37,356 nucleotides of DNA, from the NCBI GenBank assembly GCA_035291825.1, contig DATDRI010000439.1, positions 1 to 37,356 of the forward strand, read 5' to 3'. The notes below the pieces were generated by a model that saw only the letters and a list, made by a program, of their open reading frames with translations, made no database searches and was not told the DNA's origin. Positions 28,454 to 35,524 of the stretch are shown here, in pieces. Source of the DNA: Vicinamibacteria bacterium. GTDB lineage: Bacteria; Acidobacteriota; Vicinamibacteria; Marinacidobacterales; DATDRI01. The position numbers were made by a program, and so were the translations under genes. Position 1 is the stretch's first letter. The number at the start of each line of letters is the position of its first letter.

Positions 28454-29446
28454 TTAGTGGTTCGTCTGCAGAAGAGGAAATCCGGGCGTAGAAACGGATT
28501 CGATCGCACCCTTCACTCGATAGTAGAGGATACCCTCGACGCCGAATCGGCTCCAGAGATCGATGGCTCCTTGGGATCCTGCCACCAACCCAGCGGTGGA
28601 CAGCGCGTCCACTCTCATCCCCTCGCCCACATTCCCCACCACCGTGGCGGAGACAGAGTCTCGAACCGGCCACCCCGTACTCGGATCGATAATCTGCGAG
28701 AGCCACTCTCCCTCGACCTGGAAACCCTGCTGGTCGCTTCCCGACGTGGAGACGCAACCTTGGTGAATCTCGAACGTGGCAGGCCGCACTGCATTCCTGA
28801 TAGTGAAAGCAGTTGTCCTGGAATCCTCTTTGTTGAAGAGACACACACTGCTCTCCCCTAGATCGACGACCGCCCAGATAGCACCCGCCGCCTCGAGCGT
28901 GGAGAGGGCGCGATCCACTGCATAGCCCTTGGCGATTCCTCCCAGATCGATCTCCACTCCGTTTTGCCCCAGCCAGAGCGTGCTCGCCCGTGGGTCCAAT
29001 CTGAGATGCCGGAATCCCACCTTCGCCCGGGCGATGGCGAGCTCGCCGGGGCCGGGAACGGCGGGATCTCCGCGATGGAAGCCCCAGAGCCTCACCAAGG
29101 GTCCGACGGTGGGGTCGAAAGCGCCTCGCGAGGCCTCGGCAATGCGCATCGACTCGGCGAGAACCTGGAATGTGGACTCGGAGACCACCAGGGGAAAGGC
29201 TACCGGTTGCCGATTGATCCGACTGAGCTCACTGTCCTCCCGGTAGAGGCTCATGAGGAGATCGACCCCTTCGATTTCTTGATAGGCCTGGCTGATGGCC
29301 TTATCGAGCTCCCGCTCCTCGAGTCCGCAGGCCTCGAGAGTAGTGACCGTCCCCATCACGTAGAAGGACTGTTGGCGACAATACGGAGAGTCGAATGACG
29401 ACGCTGCGCCGATTATCCAGAACAAAAGCAGGAGAAAAGGAAACAC
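28454..29446 (-). CDS. apbE: FAD:protein FMN transferase (ApbE family), exported
   Basis: 330 aa, GTG start. Hydrophobic N-terminus FPFLLLLFWIIGAASS. ApbE motifs: YVMGT, SELSRIN, GAFDPTVGPLVRLWGF, IDLGGIAKGYAVD, DLGES, VSTSG. Confidence 0.85.
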   Translation of the reverse strand: MFPFLLLLFWIIGAASSFDSPYCRQQSFYVMGTVTTLEACGLEERELDKAISQAYQEIEGVDLLMSLYREDSELSRINRQPVAFPLVVSESTFQVLAESMRIAEASRGAFDPTVGPLVRLWGFHRGDPAVPGPGELAIARAKVGFRHLRLDPRASTLWLGQNGVEIDLGGIAKGYAVDRALSTLEAAGAIWAVVDLGESSVCLFNKEDSRTTAFTIRNAVRPATFEIHQGCVSTSGSDQQGFQVEGEWLSQIIDPSTGWPVRDSVSATVVGNVGEGMRVDALSTAGLVAGSQGAIDLWSRFGVEGILYYRVKGAIESVSTPGFPLLQTNH

Positions 29447-29461
29447 GATTTCCCTTCACGC

Positions 29462-30037
29462 TCAAGAAATGGATCTTGCCGATCCCAACGAGACGAGCTT
29501 ATCGTCGTCGTCGAGCTCCCGCGGCACCAGCCCCTCTCCGGCGACAGCCCGTCCGTTGGGGCGATGAGACGACGAGCTACACCAAAGCCCCCACCCGATG
29601 ATGCAGATCAAGACGCCCAGAAAGCTCTGCAGGCCGAGGAAGCCCAGCACTTTTACCAGTGCCAGCTCGGGACTCACGAAGCGAACGAGCCACCCTCCCG
29701 CTTCCGAAGTGATGGCGGCGGTAAAGGTGCCCCAGATGAACACAAGCTTCACGCCCTTGCCAAACGGCGCAAAAATGACCAGATGGGTCAGAAGAAGAAG
29801 TACCACCGCCATCATCGCCAGGTGTGCGTGAGTGACTTCCACCATCGAGCCCACCGTGCGCGGAGGCAGGAATCCCTCTTCCGAGCCGTTGTAGTACGCG
29901 ACCACCGAACCTGGACTGAGACCCATCTTCGAGAGGTAGAGAGCGAGGTTGGTTACCCAGAATCCAGAAAGCAGCACCAGCGTGAGACCGATGGTCAATC
30001 GCATCAGGGGATGATTTTGAAAGCCGCCCGATTCCAT
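29462..30037 (-). CDS. Hypothetical 4-TM membrane protein with His-rich second helix
   Basis: 191 aa from ATG 30037, 5 nt after the upstream stop. The track ORF extends to 30205 through that gene. Four hydrophobic helices. Helix 2 reads EVTHAHLAMMAVVLLLLTHLVIF (His70, His72, His85). I recognise no family. Confidence 0.55.
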   Translation of the reverse strand: MESGGFQNHPLMRLTIGLTLVLLSGFWVTNLALYLSKMGLSPGSVVAYYNGSEEGFLPPRTVGSMVEVTHAHLAMMAVVLLLLTHLVIFAPFGKGVKLVFIWGTFTAAITSEAGGWLVRFVSPELALVKVLGFLGLQSFLGVLICIIGWGLWCSSSSHRPNGRAVAGEGLVPRELDDDDKLVSLGSARSIS

Positions 30038-30042
30038 GTATT

Positions 30043-30594
30043 TCACGATTCGTTTTCTCCAACCAGAACCGCATGGAGGGCGAGGGCCCGGCGGACGGTG
30101 GCCGCCAAGGCTCGCACGGTAAGCGTGGCGCCGGTGACCCGCACCAGATCGCGGCCCACCATCAGGTCGTCGCTGAGGTTCTGATCGTTCAATCGATCCA
30201 ACCAACTCTGTCTGACCTTGTAATCTTCCGGCTCGTAAAACGCGAGAATCTCCACTCGCCGCACGCTGCCATCTGGCTTCACCAGAACCATCACCGTCTC
30301 CGTTACGGTCCGCACCACGTGAGTGTCGAAGAAGGCTGCTCCCGCCGGCTTACCCTGGGCGTCGAGCCCGACATAGTAGCTGACGATCTTCGAGGGGAGT
30401 TGCGCCCGCGCCATCTCTTCGACCTTTTCGGCCTGGGCGTCGGTCAGAAAAGCCGACTTCCTCTCGATCCCGCCGCCGGGAAAGGCCTCCTGCAGGGCTT
30501 GCTTCTGCGTTTTGTAGAGCCCGGCTACCAGCTCTCCGGGAAGGATCGCCAGAACCACTACCACTAGAACTGGTAGCCGATGCCGACGTTCCAT
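30043..30594 (-). CDS. Exported FMN_bind-domain protein (NqrC/RnfG-like flavinylation target)
   Basis: 183 aa from ATG 30594 (MERRHRLPVLVVVVLAILPG, signal or anchor). This start overlaps the porin 3' end by 31 nt. An alternative GTG at 30564 overlaps the porin TAG. FMN_bind-type flavinylation motif DLVRVTGATLT, with TGAT codons at 30124-30135. Confidence 0.75.
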   Translation of the reverse strand: MERRHRLPVLVVVVLAILPGELVAGLYKTQKQALQEAFPGGGIERKSAFLTDAQAEKVEEMARAQLPSKIVSYYVGLDAQGKPAGAAFFDTHVVRTVTETVMVLVKPDGSVRRVEILAFYEPEDYKVRQSWLDRLNDQNLSDDLMVGRDLVRVTGATLTVRALAATVRRALALHAVLVGENES

Positions 30595-31919
30595 TGGTTC
30601 GTCCCCGCTCCCGCCCGATTCCCAAAGTCCTGGTAGTCCAGCTTCAGCACCACGCCGGACAGCGGCTTGAGCTCGAAACCGACGGTGAAAACGGACCGAT
30701 CGTTGGCCGGATTCCTCTCGAAGCCGCGCGGCACTTCCGCCTGCGTGTCGTACTCCTCGTAGCGCAGGAAAGGACTGACGGACCAAGCCGAGTCAGCCGC
30801 TACTCCCAACAGATCGTAGGCCGCCTCCACATACCATCCGGCGAGCTCCGAGCCGACCGACGACCTCCCGGTGAGCCCGAGGCTCTCGTTGATGAGCGCC
30901 GCGTCACCCACGCTCCCGCCCGCGTAGAGCCCGCGGAGCTGGAGTCCTCGATAGGTGTACTGAGCATGGATGTCGAAGAGATGGACGTCTCCCCCGATCT
31001 CCGCACCGGTCGGCGTGAGCTCTCCCTGCCCCGATCCACCGAGAAAGAAACTCCCCCCCATCAGGAGACCGGGAAAGCCGGTGAGATCGAGTCGACCCGT
31101 CCAGGCGAAGTCCTCGGCAAGAGATCTCGCGCCCTTCTGGCGGCCCCCTCGCAGTCCGGAGCCGGAAGAAAAGCCGGCACTGTTCAGACCGGCCACCACA
31201 TAGGAACGATAGGTGAAGGGGCCGACGTCGCCGAAGACACCCCCACCGTTCTCGCGCCAGGTGGTGGGGATGATCACGTTCTCCACCTGCGGCCGTGTCG
31301 CCCCATAGAAGATGGTCGGTTCATGGAGCTCGTTCAGAAAACCCATAGGGATGAGAACCATGCCGCCTCGGAAATTGGCTTCGGGACGATAAAGGAAATC
31401 AACGTAGGCGAACTCCACCGAGACCGAGCCTCCTAGCTCGGTCGAGGCATGTTCGAACTCGAGCTCCGAGTTGAAGAGGAAGCGTTCGTTCCATTTGTAG
31501 CCCAGGTAGACGATGGCCCTGAGGAAATCAAACTGATTCAACTTCCCCGAGGCCGTTCCATCGTCGTTCTCGGTGGAAAAGTCCTGGAGCACTGCCTCGC
31601 CGTAGCCTCCTAGGGATGCGCCGCGCTCCACTCCGTAGATCTTGGAGGCCGAGGGTGCCAAACCGTAGCGGCCGGTCAACGGCTCTTCCTCGGTCACTTG
31701 CCCCAACTGGAGTCTTTCGAGCTCCTCACTCAGAAGCTGGAGCTGCCGTTCCAGCTCGTCGATCCGATCTTCGTCAGATGGTTGTTCTTCCGAAACCTGC
31801 TCTCCCTGCTTCGTTTCGCTTTCCGCCGCCAGAGGGCCGGAAAACGAAAAGAGCAACATCCAAAGACTGATGAGGAAGGCGAGGCCGCCCCCCGCCTTCG
31901 TCCGTACGCCATGCCACAT
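30564..31919 (-). CDS. Outer-membrane beta-barrel porin with N-terminal coiled coil
   Basis: 451 aa from ATG 31919. Signal peptide MWHGVRTKAGGGLAFLISLWMLLFSFSGPLAA/ESE. Coiled-coil segment DRIDELERQLQLLSEELERLQL. Alternating beta-strand pattern. C-terminal OMP signature NVGIGYQF. The track start at 31967 is a GTG inside the upstream repeat copy. Confidence 0.7.
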   Translation of the reverse strand: MWHGVRTKAGGGLAFLISLWMLLFSFSGPLAAESETKQGEQVSEEQPSDEDRIDELERQLQLLSEELERLQLGQVTEEEPLTGRYGLAPSASKIYGVERGASLGGYGEAVLQDFSTENDDGTASGKLNQFDFLRAIVYLGYKWNERFLFNSELEFEHASTELGGSVSVEFAYVDFLYRPEANFRGGMVLIPMGFLNELHEPTIFYGATRPQVENVIIPTTWRENGGGVFGDVGPFTYRSYVVAGLNSAGFSSGSGLRGGRQKGARSLAEDFAWTGRLDLTGFPGLLMGGSFFLGGSGQGELTPTGAEIGGDVHLFDIHAQYTYRGLQLRGLYAGGSVGDAALINESLGLTGRSSVGSELAGWYVEAAYDLLGVAADSAWSVSPFLRYEEYDTQAEVPRGFERNPANDRSVFTVGFELKPLSGVVLKLDYQDFGNRAGAGTNQWNVGIGYQF

Positions 31920-31987
31920 GAAATTCACCTCGCTATCCTCTGCTGGGTCTGTGCTACGCCATGCCACATGAAATTCACCTCGCTATC
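31905..31987 (-). repeat. Perfect 33-bp direct repeat (copies 31905-31937 and 31955-31987, 50-bp period) duplicating the porin SD, ATG and first 5 codons
   Basis: Both copies read TACGCCATGCCACATGAAATTCACCTCGCTATC on the plus strand. On the minus strand this is GATAGCGAGGTGAATTTCATGTGGCATGGCGTA. The flanks diverge completely. Confidence 0.95.
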
Positions 31988-32006
31988 GGCTCCCTAGCCG
32001 ATAAAG

Positions 32007-32027
32007 CGAAATTGAAATTCATTTTCA
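32007..32027. promoter_or_regulatory. Fur-box-like operator upstream of the porin/FMN_bind/ApbE operon
   Basis: CGAAAT-TGAAAT-tca-TTTTCA in the only AT-rich patch of this intergenic region. By my hand count, 32008-32026 matches 14/19 positions of the E. coli Fur consensus GATAATGATAATCATTATC. It lies immediately downstream of fur and upstream of the porin start. Confidence 0.5.
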
Positions 32028-32071
32028 TCACATTCGGACTCCTTCGCCTTCCTCACGGAAAAGAGCGTCTG

Positions 32072-32617
32072 CTAGGGCGACGACCTGGGGCGGGAACCGG
32101 TTGCGGCCTTGGTGGCGACCACCTTGTTCTTCTTGGTGCGGGACGGTGCGTCGTTCCGTCCGCGTCTCTGATCGCACTTCTGGCAGACGCCGAATATCTG
32201 GTGCCGGTGAGAATCTATGGTGAACCCATAGGCGTCGGCAATCTCGTCCTGGAGATTCTCGATCTCGGGGCTCACGAACTCGATGATGGTGCCGCATTCG
32301 ATGCAGATCATGTGATCGTGATGCGAGTGCTTGTAGTGATGCTCGAAACGAGTGAGGCCATCCTTCAGCTCGATGGACTCAGCCAGTTTGGCGTCGCAGA
32401 AGAGTTTGAGCGTCCGGTAGATGGTGGTGCGACCGATCTCCCGGTGTTTGCGATGAATCACCCGGTATAGATCGTCGACCGTCATGTGGCCGCCCGTCTC
32501 CAGAAAATATTGCAGGATGACCTCTCGCTGGCGAGAGTGCTTGAGCCCGTTGTCGGCGAGATAGTGCTCGAACACGCGAAACTCCTCGCGGGTCGGGGAA
32601 GAATTACCCGCCGGCAT
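32072..32617 (-). CDS. fur: Fur-family metalloregulator with basic C-terminal extension
   Basis: 181 aa. wHTH region TVDDLYRVIHRKHREIGRTTIYRTLKLF. Metal sites HHDHMICIECG and CQKC. An extra ~30-aa Lys/Arg/Ser-rich tail. ATG 32617 overlaps the upstream stop by 14 nt. Confidence 0.88.
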   Translation of the reverse strand: MPAGNSSPTREEFRVFEHYLADNGLKHSRQREVILQYFLETGGHMTVDDLYRVIHRKHREIGRTTIYRTLKLFCDAKLAESIELKDGLTRFEHHYKHSHHDHMICIECGTIIEFVSPEIENLQDEIADAYGFTIDSHRHQIFGVCQKCDQRRGRNDAPSRTKKNKVVATKAATGSRPRSSP

Positions 32618-33329
32618 CTCGTCCTTCGCCTTGCCGCGGCTCGCGGAGCACGTAGATCTCCTTCGCCAAAGCCTCTTCGATGGCCAGCTGCGTCTCGTCG
32701 CACTCCAGCACGAATGCGGGAGAACGCTGGTGCAACTTCACCCTCACCCCGGGAGTGAAACCGAAGGCAGATAGTTTGTGTAGCCTGGCGTGGTTCTTGG
32801 TGTTCACATAGGCGACCCGCGCCGTCTCGCCGGTGTGCATTTGATTGGCGCTCACCACCACCGCCTCGATGCTTCGCTGCGCCTCGAGACAACAACGCCC
32901 CTCGGGAATGGGTCGGCCGTGAGGACATTGGCGCGGGTGACCGAGCAAGGTGCAGATGCTCTCGGTAATGCCGGGAGCGACGAGATGCTCGAACTCGCAA
33001 GCATTGACCTCCATCTCGAGCATGGGCATGCCCAGGATGTCGTTCACCAGCCGCTCCGCCAACCGGTGGCGGCGAATGATGGCCCGGGCCCGACTCCGTC
33101 CCACCTCGGTGAACGCCAGGGAACCGTCGTCGCGTTCCACGACCTGGCCGCGCCTCTTGAGCTCCTCGATCAATTCTTCGGTGAGCGTTACGTCGGCCAC
33201 GCGGGCCAAATCCTCTCGGCGCGTCGCCCCCCTCTCATCCTCCGTCCACAGAGCCTCCAAGACTTCCTCGAGGACCCTGTCTTGGGGCCGGTGTGTTTGA
33301 TTCCAATCGGCTAGCGGTGTCTCTTTCAT
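32604..33329 (-). CDS. DtxR/MntR-family metal-dependent repressor fused to a C-terminal FeoA (SH3-like) domain
   Basis: 241 aa from ATG 33329 (ATGA overlap with the feoB stop). DtxR core IIRRHRLAERLVNDILGM, EFEH, GHPRQCPHGRPIP. FeoA-like tail GETARVAYV, LSAFGFTPGVRVKLHQRSP. Confidence 0.85.
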   Translation of the reverse strand: MKETPLADWNQTHRPQDRVLEEVLEALWTEDERGATRREDLARVADVTLTEELIEELKRRGQVVERDDGSLAFTEVGRSRARAIIRRHRLAERLVNDILGMPMLEMEVNACEFEHLVAPGITESICTLLGHPRQCPHGRPIPEGRCCLEAQRSIEAVVVSANQMHTGETARVAYVNTKNHARLHKLSAFGFTPGVRVKLHQRSPAFVLECDETQLAIEEALAKEIYVLREPRQGEGRDAGG

Positions 33330-35347
33330 AGCTCGAAGCCCGTCCAACGCAAGAAGAAGTTCACGCCGGCGCCCACCACCACCGCGTAGGGAATGATGAA
33401 ACCCGCCATGAGCGCCGCCTTACGGAAATCGTGTTCCTTGACCATGACCAGGAAATTGGCGACGCAAGGCACGAACAAGGTCATGGTCACCAGGGAGACG
33501 ACGATTTGGGTGTGATCCATCAGACCTTGCCGCGCCAGATCGAACAAGCCGGCCGCTCCGTAGTCACGACGCAGGAAGCCCATGACGAAGGCCTCGCCCG
33601 CCTTGGCGGGCAGCCCCAGCAACCCCACCACCACCGGCTCGGCCGCCCGCACGATGAAGGGGAGAATGTGCAGACGATCCAAGACAAAGAGGGCGATGGT
33701 GCCCAATACGAATAAAGGCACCGCTTCCCGGAGGAACCAGCGGACGCGGCTCCACGTCTTTCGAGTCAGGTTCCCCCACGCCGGAAGCCGCATCGGTGGA
33801 AGCTCCACCATGAAGTCGGAACGGCGTCCGGGAATGATCCGGTCGGCGATCCACCCCACCATCAGAAGCTGCGCCAGTAGGATTCCGAACAGGAAAAGCA
33901 CCGCTCCGAACGAGATCCAGGCCAGCATTCCCAGCACCACACCGAGCTGAGCCGCACAGGGCACCCCCAGAGCGAGCAGCAGCGTCGCGAGAAGCCGCTC
34001 CTTGCGAGTGGAGAGAATGCGGGTGGTCAGTGTCGCCATGGTCACACAGCCCAGTCCCAGCACCATGGGGAGCACTGCCTTTCCGTTGAGTCCCATGAAA
34101 CGAAACATGCGATCGGCGAGCACGGCGAGCCGGGGAAGGTAACCACTGTCCTCGAGAAAGCCGAAGGCCATGAAGAAGGTCGTCACCACCGGCAATACGA
34201 TGGCCACCGAGTAGGTAAGTCCCATCGATATCGCCCCGTAGGGTCCCACCAGAAGGTCTCTGATGAAGGCGATGGGAAGCAGACGTTCGACGAGCCAGGC
34301 GACGCCGGGCACCAGGTAGGCTCCGAAGACCGTTTTCTCGAGAAAATCCACCGCCGTGCCGGCCCCGAACACCCCCACGAAGTAATACATGAAGAGGAGC
34401 ACGCCGAGGAGAATGGGAAACCCGGTGAATGGCTCGCGACACCAGCGGCCGAGTCGGTCCGCGAGCTCTGAGACTTCCCCGACCTTCACGCGCCGAAGCA
34501 TCCCGACCGTGGAGTCGACCCACTGGCTACGGGCTTGAACGATGACGGCCGCCGCCGACCGTCGGTGCCTCTGCTGGTAGAGGTCCAGAGAGTGGGTGAT
34601 GGAACGAACGCGGTCCTCCCCGGCTAGGCCGGGCAGCGTGCCTGTGATCCCTTCGTCCCGGGAACAGAGCCACTCGGCGAAGAGTCCCAAGGGAAGCTCC
34701 CCGCCACCCGGGACGTTGCGTTGGAGCTCGGCGAGCACCGCCGCGAGCTCCGGCGATGGATTACGTGGAACGGCGGGCGTCGCCAGGGCACGCTCCAAAT
34801 CGCTCATTCCGTGGCCCTCGGTCGCCACCGTTTCCACCACCGGGACCCCGAAGAGCCGGCTGAGTCCTTTCACGTCGACCTCGATGCCACGTTTTCGTGA
34901 TTCGTCCGCCATATTGAGATCCAACACGGTGGGCAGACCGAGCTCCACCAGCTGGCTCAACAGGAGCAGAGTTCGGCGAAGATTCTTGGCGTCGGCCACC
35001 ACCAGGACGATGTCCGGTCGCTCTTCGAGGAGAATGTCCCGAGTGACGCGCTCGTCCTCGGACTGCGGAACCAAGGAATTGACTCCCGGGGTGTCGACCA
35101 CCTCATAGGCTTTACCCTCGATCTGCGCCGCACCACGCGCCAGCGCCACGGTGGTCCCTGGATAGTTGGAGACGTAAACGTATTGGCCGGTCAGTCGATT
35201 GAAGATAACGCTCTTCCCGACATTGGGGTTCCCCACCAGCGCGATCTTGGGTCGGTGGCCCCGGACTCTTACTTCGCCGGGAGGCGGGGCAACGACGGGA
35301 GCCGACGGGGAGGCGGCGGTGGCAGGAACGGTGGCTTCGGGCGACAC
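33326..35347 (-). CDS. feoB: Ferrous iron transporter FeoB
   Basis: 673 aa, GTG start at 35347 (approximate). G-domain IALVGNPNVGKSVIFNRLTG, NYPGTTV, VVDTPG. Polytopic gate domains follow. Confidence 0.93.
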   Translation of the reverse strand: MSPEATVPATAASPSAPVVAPPPGEVRVRGHRPKIALVGNPNVGKSVIFNRLTGQYVYVSNYPGTTVALARGAAQIEGKAYEVVDTPGVNSLVPQSEDERVTRDILLEERPDIVLVVADAKNLRRTLLLLSQLVELGLPTVLDLNMADESRKRGIEVDVKGLSRLFGVPVVETVATEGHGMSDLERALATPAVPRNPSPELAAVLAELQRNVPGGGELPLGLFAEWLCSRDEGITGTLPGLAGEDRVRSITHSLDLYQQRHRRSAAAVIVQARSQWVDSTVGMLRRVKVGEVSELADRLGRWCREPFTGFPILLGVLLFMYYFVGVFGAGTAVDFLEKTVFGAYLVPGVAWLVERLLPIAFIRDLLVGPYGAISMGLTYSVAIVLPVVTTFFMAFGFLEDSGYLPRLAVLADRMFRFMGLNGKAVLPMVLGLGCVTMATLTTRILSTRKERLLATLLLALGVPCAAQLGVVLGMLAWISFGAVLFLFGILLAQLLMVGWIADRIIPGRRSDFMVELPPMRLPAWGNLTRKTWSRVRWFLREAVPLFVLGTIALFVLDRLHILPFIVRAAEPVVVGLLGLPAKAGEAFVMGFLRRDYGAAGLFDLARQGLMDHTQIVVSLVTMTLFVPCVANFLVMVKEHDFRKAALMAGFIIPYAVVVGAGVNFFLRWTGFEL

Positions 35348-35381
35348 GGGTCGTCGGTCTTTCAGGCCTCTCGGGCCTTAT

Positions 35382-35408
35382 TGAAAATGAAACCCGATTT
35401 CAATTTCA
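35382..35408. promoter_or_regulatory. Inverted hexamer-repeat operator (Fur-box-like) upstream of feoB
   Basis: TGAAAA-TGAAAC-ccg-ATTTCA-ATTTCA. The two 12-nt arms are 10/12 symmetric. It lies 35-61 nt upstream of the feoB start and shares the TGAAAT/ATTTCA hexamer with the site at 32007-32027. Confidence 0.5.
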
Positions 35409-35524
35409 TGGCTCAGTGTACCGAACGCCAGCCCGGACTGTCAAGCCCTCAATAGGCGATGCGGACGTGGAGCCGAAGACGGTCCTGGCGTAGGCCTTAG
35501 GCGAACTGCTAGGATTTCTGTTCC

